A stretch of DNA of 63,770 nucleotides, filler included, from Basidiobolus ranarum (lineage: Eukaryota): the NCBI GenBank assembly GCA_040143965.1. It is 14 parts of 14 records of this genome, joined end to end, with 100 filler letters (N's around TTAATTAATTAA, not from the genome) between each part and the next. Parts side by side here need not be neighbours in the genome. Positions count along the whole stretch, not along the records: positions 50,234 to 54,682 come from JASJQH010001959.1; positions 54,783 to 59,229 come from JASJQH010001960.1; positions 59,330 to 63,770 come from JASJQH010001961.1; 11 more parts are not named here. One strand, written 5' to 3'. Below, in pieces: positions 52,711 to 63,770 of the stretch; positions within the stretch are counted from its first letter, which is position 1; every line of letters begins with the position of its first letter. The notes below the pieces were generated by a model that saw only the letters and a list, made by a program, of their open reading frames with translations, had not been told where the DNA came from and ran no database searches. Position numbers and translations under genes: made by a program.

Positions 52711-54108
52711 ATGGTTTCCGAAAATCTGGAAGAAATACAAGCAAGACATAAAAAAGAGATCAAAGAACTCCAAAACAAACTCATTGCTTTGAAAAAGACT
52801 GCCACTAAAGGAGACAAGAAAAAGAAAAAGGAAGTATTAGTCGAGATGGCGCAGATGGAGCAAGAGGTCCATCAAAGGCATGAGGAGGAACTAAAAGAAT
52901 TCATGACTAGAGGTCACGATAGTCAAGAAACTCAACCCGAAGAAACCTCAGAGGTGTTTAGAATTTTCGGATATAGATATAGGTGAAATTGCATTAATTC
53001 GTTATTACCACTACCTAGGGTGAGAAGCTGATCCAGAAAAACCTCGAAGAACTCGAAATTGTAGAGGAAATCGCTGACGACTCACATATGACCGAAACTA
53101 AGGGTAAAAAAAACAGAAGCAAAGCTCGTAAAGTAAGTCTGAACTAATTTAACTCGTTGTTGAGCAAGAGTTGATTTATTTTAATGTATTAGGATCGTAA
53201 GGCTGCAAAAATCTTGCAGATGCAACAGGAGGCAGAGGAAGAAGCGGCTACCATGGATAATTTCCAAGAGCGAGAAAACACCGCCTTCAATGAGCTTTTG
53301 AAAGTTGTTGGCTTAAATATGAAGGAGGTATGGATTAACTGAGTATTATCGGGAGCCACTGCATTTATTAACTTTTTAAACACTTTAGGTTAATGCTGAT
53401 GGTCACTGGTAAACTTTGTGTATTGCTTACTATATATTTTACGAGCAATATTTACGTACATAATTAACTTACCTAGCCTGTACAATGCTGTTGCTGATCA
53501 ATTGGGTTCCTTATACAAAATCAAGGTAAAATTCCAAACGTGAGCCATTTGATTCTAATAATCACATTCACACTTCGTTTAGGTCTCATACGCGGACCTC
53601 CGTAAAAAGACAGCTGATTATTTGCGTGCTAATAGTTCGGATTTTTTACCATTTATGACCAACAACAATGGTGATATGATGTCTGAAGGTAAACCTGCTC
53701 TTACTCTCTACTCAACCGCTGACAGCTATTGAATGGTTCACCAAATAGATGAGTTTAACAAATATTGTGATGATGTGGAGAAGACAGCTGTTTGGGGTGG
53801 TCAACAAGAGGTAGTTAGCTAATTACTCTAACAATCCCATATGACTGTTTATTCATATTTTTTGGTAAGATCGTCGCCATGTCGAAAGTTTACCAAGTCC
53901 CCGTACACATATACCAGGTAGGTATTCCCACACTAAAAATATCAGAAGAAATCGTTGAAAAAGAACCGCTTCGTATTTCGTATCCTTTTTGAATCGAGAT
54001 CTTTTCAATTTGAATTTGTCCAAAATCCTGAATCACTTAACTCGACTAAGCTATCATCACCATGCATTCGGGCTAGGCGAGCACTACAATTCGCTACACA
54101 AGAACTAA
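52711..54108 (+). CDS. OTU2: OTU-family deubiquitinase, Otu2/OTUD6B orthologue, multi-exon
   Basis: N-terminal RHKKEIKELQNK..KK coiled coil. Catalytic ADGHCLYNAVADQL, with the Cys codon split by an intron. WGGQQE and YHHHAFGLGEHYNSL also present. Confidence 0.9.
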
Positions 54109-54782
54109 TACTGTAGGTCCTGAGATAGACGCATTCTTTCTGAAATTCCAGAACTTACTATCTCTCATGATATCAAGCAATAAAGTATATATCCATGCGC
54201 CTTTTGCCGAATTGGCTCTCATTTAGATCACTAAGCCTAATTGATACGATACTAATGTGACCTTGAAGTTTACTCTAGCCGTCTTGGCAGGAAACGGAAC
54301 TTATATTATTAGCTGACCTTAATTGAGTTGAGCTAAACTATGCTTTGTTTGGCTCCAAATACTGACTCATTCGAGTCATTGATCTAGAAACTTCAATCAA
54401 GTGTTAGATTCAAAATTCAGCCTGGACCGACAACTTGGTCACGTGTCTAGTTCCTGTACCATCCTTTGATCACAAAATTGTTATTTGCCTCTAACCAATA
54501 GTAGTGGGAGCAATGTAATAGTCTTGGAACAGAAGTTTCTTTAGATCAGAGTCCACACTTGTTTAATGGCCAGTTAAGGATTCATGGAGAGCCATCAAAT
54601 TAGATACATCAATCTATTTAATATAATGGACTTGTTCCATTGTGCGAGGATTTATTGGACCTTGGCTTAATATATTATAGTANNNNNNNNNNNNNNNNNN
54701 NNNNNNNNNNNNNNNNNNNNNNNNNNTTAATTAATTAANNNNNNNNNNNNNNNNNNNNNNNNNNNNNNNNNNNNNNNNNNNN

Positions 54783-56705
54783 CTAAGGCTTCAGATTTTG
54801 ATTTGAGAAAGAATACCCAAGTATATCTTGTTTTGTCATCAATAAAGATCATAAAGGACCTTTTCCCACCCAGTGAGACATTTTTCATGGGCCAACATAG
54901 GTCAGAATAGATCAGGGAAAATTCTGAGTGGACTTGATCTCTCCAGAGCTTGAAAACGGCTGTTTGTAATGTTTTCCATATATGCAACCTTAACACAGAT
55001 CCAATTTAGTGATATTTCCAATTTCCAAGCCTGAAACAAGCTGAATTGGGATCATTTGGGTCAGTTTTTGTTCCCCAATATTGTCTATCTTCTGTGCCTT
55101 GTGTGACAACTCATTTCACCAATTTTGGCCAAGTTTTCATGCTCAAAATGCGATTTGTTTTTTTCTAGCTTATATAAGTTTTGAGTTTTGATCCCAGTGG
55201 CTAATTTGCTACTTTTCAGATCTGTGATGGTGCATCTAGCCTTGCTGAGCACAAAATTTAATCCTTGAGTAGTTGCTTGTCTCACTGAGAATAGATTCTT
55301 GGCTATATTTGGTACATAGAGTACATCATCTAATTTTGCAGATGGTAAAGCTAAATTTGGGTCTAAATTGAGGAAAAAAGTGCCCTTACCAACTGTATCC
55401 AGTGCAAAGACATCACTTAAGTAGACTTTCCTTGTTTGGATTGGATTTAAGCTGGAAAACCAATCTTTCCTGATTAACATATGCTGTGAAGTTCCTGAAT
55501 CAATGTGCCATGTTTCTGAGTCTTCTTCAGTGGTTACAGATAGATCTCTCTCAGTGCTTACTTGATTTGCTTGTTCTGATTTTAGCTTTTAGGCAAAATT
55601 CCTTTTTCAGCAATCTTTGATTAAATGGCCTGGTTTCTTGCAATAATTGCAGATCATTAATTCCCTAATAGGGGCACCCTTATTGAAGCCTGTCGGATGT
55701 TTTACAGCTCCCAAAGATGCCTGTTCTGCATTATTTTGCTGAGAATTAGATGCTCTTAATACTTTGTTCAAAAGCCTAGCACCAACTTATTTCATTGTTA
55801 ATGGCTCTGATCTTAATTCTAGGGCAATTATGGAGTTCCCAAACTCATCTGGCAGGCTCCCAAGTAGTGTCCTGACTAAGTCATCTTTATTTAGAGGTAC
55901 TCCAATGGAGGAGAGCTGATCTGCCATAATTTTTATCCAATTTGTATGATCAAGCATAGAATCATTGGGATTCATCTGAATTAAGGAAATTTTTGTCTAA
56001 GGTATAGCCTATTAGCCAGACTTTTAGTCTCATATAGTCCTTCAAGTGTTTCCCAAGCATTTTGGACATTTTTGGCTAATTGTATGCTCTTCAATTGAGA
56101 ATTTCTGAGAGGTAGACAAAGTGTAGAGAGTGCTTTCTCTGCTTCTTGTGAAAGGCAAGGATAGCAACTGGTGGTCCCTTTGGCTCTCTTTCTTCTCTGA
56201 CAACAAATCCTCAAAGGTCCTTGTCTTCTAGCACCATTTGCTCCTTGAATTTCTCAAGGTAAAAGTCTTCACCATCAAACTTCTCTATGGATGCAAAAAC
56301 ATTGGTAATAGTAATGGTAGATATTCCTTTAACAGCTAGCATGGGGCTCATAACCTGACAAAAGTGTTTAAGGGATTGGGAAGTGTTTTGGACAAGATTT
56401 GGATTTGTGAATTAGACTCTTAAGTTTTATTGAATTGAACAGGTCCTATTTGTAGTTTACTATGAAATAGAGCTACTGGACATGCTTAGATCATAATGAA
56501 CATGCCTGTTAATCATGGGTGAAAATTTGAGATGATTCAGAGACAATTTGAGAAAATAGTCAAATTTGATAAAAGTGATATATTTGATACACTGTCAATT
56601 AGAGCAAAAAACAAACATTTTAATTGGCAGAATTGATTGCTAAATGCTCAGAATATGAATAAGCTAAGTATTGTATAATGAGTTGTTATTTACCAAATTT
56701 CATCA
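54783..56705 (-). mobile_element. Ty1/copia element: LTR 56705-56356, PBS, gag, protease, integrase start
   Basis: Same LTR family, PBS GGTTATGAGCCC, CNYCKKPGHLIKDC, WHIDSGTSQHM and FIDDKTRYTWVFFLKSKSE. Confidence 0.92.
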
Positions 56706-58820
56706 CATAGATTATTAAGGGAACTCCTAGCTTTGATTTGAGTCATTTTGGGCCACCTCAGATGAATATCTGATTAATTTCATGAGTGTTGATACAGGCT
56801 TGCTATATCCCAGGTTGAAGTATTTTGGGTTATTTAGGATGTATCTAGACTGATTCAGCATGACTTTCTGGTTGGGTATATCTCTGTTAATGTGGATACA
56901 AAGGAAATAACTTAACTCACACATTTCAGTCATCTGCAACTGGTTTGATAAGTTGTTTTTTGTCTGATTAAGTTCTTTTAGATCATTTGAACCATGATCC
57001 AGTCAGCCACATATAGTGCCAAGATCAGTATTCTATTTTTGGTTGTTTACATGTAACAATGGTGACCTGCTTTGCATTTTTGGAATTCCTGTGATTCCAA
57101 ATAGGCATTGTTCTTGTTGTACCATGTCTTTGGTGCTTGATTGAGTCTATATAGCAGTTTTTGCAGTTAATTGATGGCAACACAAGTCTATCCAGTTGGT
57201 CTGTACAGATTGTTTCTTCTAGATTTCCATTCAGAAAGTCTGTTTTTACATCCATTTGATGTAAATTGGGGTTGTGGCTGGCTGATAGTGCAAGGATTAA
57301 TCTCAAGGAGCTAAGAATAGCTAGTGGAGCAAAAGTTTCATTAAAATCAACACCTGGAACTGGGGAACTACATTTGCGCAACTAATCTTACTTTGTACCT
57401 AGCTACAGTCCCATCAAAAATCACATCTCCGCACTTGATTAACTTCTGATTTTTGGAATCAAACAGTCTATAGGCCCTGGTTCCATGACAGTAACCAAGA
57501 AATATGCATTTTCTGCTTTTGGGTTGCAATTTTGAGCGTTTTTGAGCTGGAATTAGGCAATATGTTATGCAACCTAAGATCCCAAGATGATCTTCACTTG
57601 GTTTTGATCCATATAGGGCTTCAAATAGAGTTGAATTTTGTAGCCAAATAGTTGGGCATTTGTTTTTGTTATAGAAAGCAGTGGAGATAGATTCACCTTA
57701 ATTTTGGCAATCTAACTTTCAATCATATAACATTGATCTTGCCATCTCTGCTATTGTTCTTTTAGCACAATTTGCAACTCCATTTTGCTGTTGAGTGTAA
57801 GGTATTGTAATTGATTCCTTTACTTTATGTTTAGAACAAATATTAGTAAGGTCTTCAGAGCAGTATTCTCCATAATTACCACTCATTAGTACCCTTATTC
57901 TCTGTTGTGAATCTTTCTCTGCCATTGCTTTATAGTACCTCAATGTAATTAAGACTTGAGATTTTTATTCAAGAAAGGATACCAAGTAAATCATGTTTGT
58001 CATCAATAATTGTCTAAAGGTACCTTTTGCCACTGAGTGAGACATTTTATGGTCCCACATAGGCCAGAATGAATTTTGGTAAGTTTCTGAGTGGATTTGA
58101 TCTCTCTGGAGCTTGTGAGTGGCTATCTGTGAAGCTTTGCATATATGTAACCTTTGCACAGATCCAATTAGATGATTTATCAATTTCTAAGCCTGAAACA
58201 AGCTGATTTTTAATTATTTTTGTCAGTTTTTGCTCCCCAATGTGGCTTAATCTTTTATGCCACATTTGACTGCTTATTTTACTGGTTTTGGCCAAGTTTG
58301 CATACTCGGAATGCAATTTGTTGATTTCAAGCTTCTACAAGTCTAGAGGTCGGATCCCTGAAGCTAAATTGATATCACTCTAATCTGTGATAGTGCATCC
58401 AGCCTTGCTGCACATAAATTTAGCACCAACATATTCCATTAGTAATGGCCCTGATCTGGATTCTAGGGCAATTATGATGTTCCCAAACTTGTCTGGCAGG
58501 CTCCCAAGCAGTGGCAATCACTAAGGCATCTTCATTTAGAGGTGCTCCAATGGATGAGAGCTGATATGCCATAGTTTTTATCTGATTTCTATGATCAAGA
58601 ATAGAATCATCCATATTTGTCTGAAATGAGCATGATTTTGGCCTAAGATATGGCCTATTAGCCAGAGTTTTGGCATCACAGAGTCCCTGAAGTGTTTCCC
58701 AAGTGGTTTGGATTTTTTGGCTAAGTGTACATGCCTCAAGTGAGAGTCTCAGAGTTGTAGACAAAGTGTAGAGAGTGCTTTTCTATGCTTCTTGTGAGGA
58801 ATAAGGATAGACTCTGGTGG
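56706..58820 (-). mobile_element. Older, more decayed copia (gag-IN-RT with deletions), host of two nested insertions
   Basis: Gag of the same family, MWHKRLSH, PYTQQQNGVA, DFNETFAP..HQMDVKTDFLNG and LYVAD (YVDD-like). Confidence 0.87.
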
Positions 58821-59229
58821 TGTCACAATAAGAAACTGGACTAGGACTGCAAACAACAACAAGAGGCTAGAAGGCAGGAGAGTACTTGGATGTAGAGCAC
58901 AAGACAAGACTGGACAAGGAAGATACTTGGGCAAGATTCTTTATTGATTACTGGCATTGATCAGATCAAGGTCTGATCAATGAATACATAGGGCTTCTAT
59001 AGAGATTGCAAGGTAAAACTCAATATATTGAATAGGGAATATACTGTTACAAGTTCAAGAGTAAGGGTGCTGCAGACTACAAGGACCAATACAAAGAGGG
59101 ATGATGTAAGGATGATGATAGGGTGAACAGCTAACCTTCCATGTAAGGTCTTGGTGGAAATACACTATGGGTGGGATGACATGATTGGTTAGGTGTCATT
59201 GAATGTTCCAAAGAACATGACTTCCATAT
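58821..59229 (-). mobile_element. LTR-like insertion in copia gag
   Basis: Gag homology stops exactly at TGTCACAA. The minus strand has AATAAA and ends in ...GTGACA. Related to 8882-9062. Confidence 0.55.
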
Positions 59230-60129
59230 NNNNNNNNNNNNNNNNNNNNNNNNNNNNNNNNNNNNNNNNNNNNTTAATTAATTAANNNNNNNNNNNNNNN
59301 NNNNNNNNNNNNNNNNNNNNNNNNNNNNNGCTGCTGAAGCAAGAGCAAAGGGTGAGTAATGGATGTAAACTAAGAATAGTACTGAGCACAGTGAAGAAGA
59401 GTGTATAATTGCTGAACTGTATTTGAATTGGTGCAAATAAACATAAAATTAAAGTCAAAACCTACGATCTACAATTGGCCAATATAATCTTTGAACCTGT
59501 ACCGTTATATCTATTTTACTGCGAACCATCCAAAAACAACTCCAAGTAGAAGAGTAGAGAACTGTGCAATAGTTACTCAAGCTGCATTTTTATGGGTTCA
59601 ATGATTGGGACCTTGACATGATTTAAATAATAATACTGATTTCTCGAAGTTCTCCAAGAGATCAAATGCATGAAAATTCGTATTATGATGATAAATAAAC
59701 AGTCGCTCTAGTTATATAACTAATCTGATGCCTAAATTTGATAGTTTTCCAAGTTCCACATATAGAAGCAAGTAATTCGAGAAGTTCATTATTTCAGGTC
59801 ATTTTTGCTTTCATCACATTATTTGTCTAATTCGTCATATGGCTATTCTTCATCAGTTGAACGCAGCAGTAGAATATGAGACCCAATATCTGGAATTCAA
59901 AATATATCAACATTCTTTTCATCTGTGGTAACTGACTGAAAAACTGGTGCTTGTTACTCCCATTCTTCCAATCGTTCAATCTCCAACTTTAAAATGTGAT
60001 AGTTGCACTGGCTAAGCAGATGCTCCGATTCAATTCGATATGATTCAGTCAAGAATCAATATAAGTTTTGGCAGTCGCTTTATTTATGCAGGGTACTCTG
60101 TTCCGTATCAAGCTAAATCAGAATTCCTC

Positions 60130-60137
60130 ACGCGAAA
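60130..60137 (+). promoter_or_regulatory. MCB/SCB/E2F-like G1/S element (ACGCGAAA) upstream of DNA ligase I
   Basis: Motif match about 210 bp upstream of the ATG. Single copy. Confidence 0.4.
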
Positions 60138-60345
60138 TGCCGCAATATCTATTGACATGTTTTTAGAGGAATATATAAAATCTATTAACAAAAACAATAA
60201 AATAACAGTCATAAGCTTGATTGGTACACAAACGTAAGAATTCAATTTCTTGTTGTTACTTCTTTACAATAAACTCTTACCTCCGTTTGGTTTATACCAT
60301 ACTTTTGCCAATAACTCATTTCCCATAAGTGCTTTTAAATTTTAG

Positions 60346-63300
60346 ATGAAGGCACAACAAACAATCGGGTATTTCATAAGTTTCCATTTAGTATAATCAG
60401 ATTTCTTTCATAGCTCTAAACGATATACATATTTCATCTAATTTAAAATAGGTCTTTTTTCAATAAGTTGCCTTCTGGTAGTAGCGCTCATACCACTCAA
60501 CCTGCCGAAAAAGGCAAAAAACAGAGTAAACTTAGTTTTGCTGGAAAAAGTACAAAAAAAACTGACACTTCCAAGAGTTCTCAATCAGTCGAAAAGAAGG
60601 AAGAAGAACCTGTTGCTACATCAGATATTCCAGTAGAAAAAAGTCCGGAATCTCCTCCTGTCACTTCAAACAAACGTCGAAGATTACGTAGTCGAGCTTC
60701 TGAGAGTACCGAGACGACTGTGGAGCAACCTAGTGACGATGAAAAGATACTACAAGCGCAGCCTAAACGGAAGATTAAAAAGATATCCGTTGAAAGCGAT
60801 GAAGAATCAGTTAATGGTGAGTTGGAAAGTGACGACACTAAAGATAGTGTAGCTGAAGAAGAGGAAGAAAATGATTCTGTGGACGAAGAAAAGAAAATAA
60901 TTGAAAAAAAAGAGGCTAAGGCAAAAGCCACCAAAGTTGTGGAAAAAAAAGCTGCCAAAGTGTAAGTTTCATGTTTAGTATTTTAAAATGAAGTTCTGCA
61001 AATAACTGATATGAATATTCATTACATAGTGCTGCCAAAAAAGCCGATCGTGTGCGTAGTGATATTGGTGTCGCTACTTGGAAAAAAGGAGAAGAGTATT
61101 TAGCTTTTGAAATTCACTGACTAACCATGCTACTGAGACTAACATCCATTTTTAGTGTACCATATTCAGCACTTTGCAAAGCCTTTGAGGCAATTGAGGC
61201 TACCACTAAAAGGTTCATCGATATTTTACTTTTTATGTAGTGTTTATGACTATCCTTGCTTACATTCCCACTCTACCCTAGATTAATCATCCTGGACTAT
61301 TTAACGAGCTTTTTCAGAAATGTAATCGAAACAACACCTGGCAGTCTTCTTGAGATTGTTTATTTGTGCATCAACAGAGTATGTATCTGTTCATATTCAT
61401 ATAAGCTGTGCATCTCTATTGACCTATACAACTTAGTTATGTCCACAATACGATGGTTTAGAACTTGGTATTGGAGAAACAATTCTGATGAAAGCAGTAG
61501 CTAGCGCAACTGGGAGAGCAGTTAGCAAAGTCAAAGCAGATGTCGAGCAGCACGGTGATTTAGGGCTTGTTGCTCAAGTAACTAATTACATAACATGCTG
61601 ACTCTCGTATTGCCTCAGCTTACACCCTTACTTATCAAGGCTAGTAGAAGTAACCAGCCTACCATGTTTGCTCCCAAACCACTTACTGTAAGTAAGGTGT
61701 TTAAGACTTTAAAGGAAATAGCCTCAACAACAGGCGGATCTGTAAGTACTGTTACCAAAGTTTTTTAGTTTGAGCGTACATTTAATATTTACCATGTATT
61801 ACAGTCCATGCAACGCAAAATCGACAAAATCAGCTTCTTACTCGTGTCGTGTAAGGGAAGTGAAGCCAAATATTTGACCAGGTAAGGTTCTCGTTGCTCA
61901 ACAATGCCCCTTTTCTTGTTAAACAATTCCTAATCCAATCATACATCAGGTCTTTGGAAGGAAAGCTACGCATTGGCTTAGCAGAACAAACTGTTTTGGT
62001 GGCTTTAGCACACTCGATAGTTTTGAGTAGAGAAGGAGTCACTACTGATAAAGAAAAACTGGAGGCGGAGTTAACGGAAGCAGCAGGAATCATAAAGAGC
62101 GTATACAGGTATCGTGTACACTATGCGTTTGGTTAAAACCATTGAGACGCTCATCCTTTATTTATTAATTTAGTGAATTACCATCATATGACCTGATTAT
62201 ACCAAAATTACTCGAACATGGATTAAAACATTTACATGAACATTGCAAACTTACAGCCGGTATCCCGGTCAAGCCAATGCTGGCACATCCAACTAAATCT
62301 CTCACCGAAGTTCTTAATCGATTTGAAGGTCATGTATTCACGTGTGAATTTAAATACGATGGAGAAAGAGCGCAGATTCATCAAATGGAAGACGGAAAAA
62401 CTATGGTATTCAGCAGAAATTCAGAAGACATGTCCGCCAAATATCCTGACATCTTAGATAAACTGTCAAGAGCCGCCAAACCAGAAATTAATAGTTTCAT
62501 TCTTGACTGTGAAGCAGTTGCGTGGGACCGAGAAAAAAATTGTATTTTACCTTTCCAAGTTTTGAGTACAAGGAAAAGGAAAGACGTAAAGGAAGAAGAT
62601 ATCAAAGTTCAAGTTTGTGTCTTTGCTTTCGACCTACTATTCCTTAACGGAAAGGTGAGTGTAGTTTCACAGTTGAATTATGAGTTTTAGCTTCTAAAGT
62701 TTTGCTTTAGTCTTTATTGCAGGAGCCTTTAATTGAGCGTAGAAAACTCTTGCTTGACTCTTTCAACAACGTAGAGGGAGATTTTACCTTTGCAAAGTCT
62801 ATGTCTACTAATAGCGTTGAGGAGATCCAGACATTCTTGGATTAGAGCGTTGCAGGTAAATGCAAGTAACGACTGGGCAAGGAAAGCTCTAAGCTAACCA
62901 GAGTTTATTTATAGGATATTGCGAAGGGTTGATGGTCAAAACACTAGAAGGCTCTGAAGCATCCTACGAACCATCCAAGCGCTCACGTAACTGGCTAAAA
63001 GTAAAGAAAGATTATATCTCGGGTATTGGTGATTCTCTAGATTTAGTTGTCATTGGAGCTTATCAAGGAAGAGGCAAGCGTACAGGTGTCTATGGTGGCT
63101 ATTTACTTGCTTGCTATGATCAGGATCGTGAAGAATATCAAAGCATTTGTAAGGTAGTGCATATGTTGATCCAATTACAGTCATGGCTCGGAACTAACAT
63201 GATTTCACATAAGATTGGTACTGGATTTTCAGAAGCCCAGCTAGAAACACATCACAAATTCCTCCAGGAACATATCATTCCAGGCCCCAAAAAGTACTAT

Positions 63301-63748
63301 TCGTATGGCGAAGGTACTAAGCCTGATGTTTGGTTTTCTCCCGTTCAGGTAAGCCACAGATGCGTGGATATTTCTCGTGAATCCTATACTAAGGTTACAT
63401 TAGGTGTGGGAAGTTAAAGCTGCAGATCTTAGCGTTTCGCCAGTATACAAGGCTGCTGTAGGAATAGTAGGTCCATTTCAATTGCAATGTGTGTAAGTAC
63501 GTGTAGTAATCAATTGGTCTCTGTAGGTCGACAATTCGAAAGGTATATCCCTAAGATTTCCTAGATTCATCAGAGTGCGCGAGGACAAAAACCCTGAAGA
63601 CGCCACCACAAGTGATCAGGTAATTCATTTTAAACCAACAACTAGCTACTTCATCTCCTAACGCTTCGTCCACCAGGTCGCGGAGATGTACAATGGGCAA
63701 AAGATCAATTCCGGTGAATCCGGAAATGGAGATGAGTTTGAGTATTAG
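60346..63748 (+). CDS. CDC9: ATP-dependent DNA ligase I, complete, about 15 introns
   Basis: N-terminal PIP box QQTIGSFF (spliced), charged disordered tail, [17 protein letters not shown], active-site [26 protein letters not shown] and SLRFPRF. Stop at 63746-63748. Confidence 0.96.
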
Positions 63749-63770
63749 AGTAGGCCAGATTGTTTTTAGA

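Overview
This is eukaryotic, fungal-type DNA: genes have many short (about 55-90 nt) GT-AG introns, and an early-diverging fungus is my inference. The window is not one locus. It is 14 unrelated contigs of about 4.4-4.5 kb, sorted by decreasing length (4482 down to 4441 bp) and joined by an artificial 100-nt spacer (44 N + TTAATTAATTAA + 44 N), so adjacency across spacers means nothing. Recognisable genes are a MATE transporter, APC5, a tandem START-domain membrane protein, a DPP1/LPP1-type PAP2 phosphatase, a Kre9/Knh1-like GPI protein, SKI2, OTU2/OTUD6B, DNA ligase I (CDC9), tRNA-Pro(CGG), a tandem cluster of HSF-type DNA-binding-domain genes and a small secreted Cys-rich protein. A large share is decayed, CpG-depleted transposons: Ty1/copia elements with a Ty5/Hemivirus-type half-tRNA primer site, CACTA/EnSpm-like, Tc1-like and LINE-like remnants, often nested. 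The best leads are a very AT-rich, intronless LRR coding segment abutting a CACTA copy, a 68-aa microprotein with a calcineurin-docking-like IPDIYLTPPTP motif, the orphan secreted protein and the HSF paralogue array. I cannot support a complete novel multi-gene system from these fragments.
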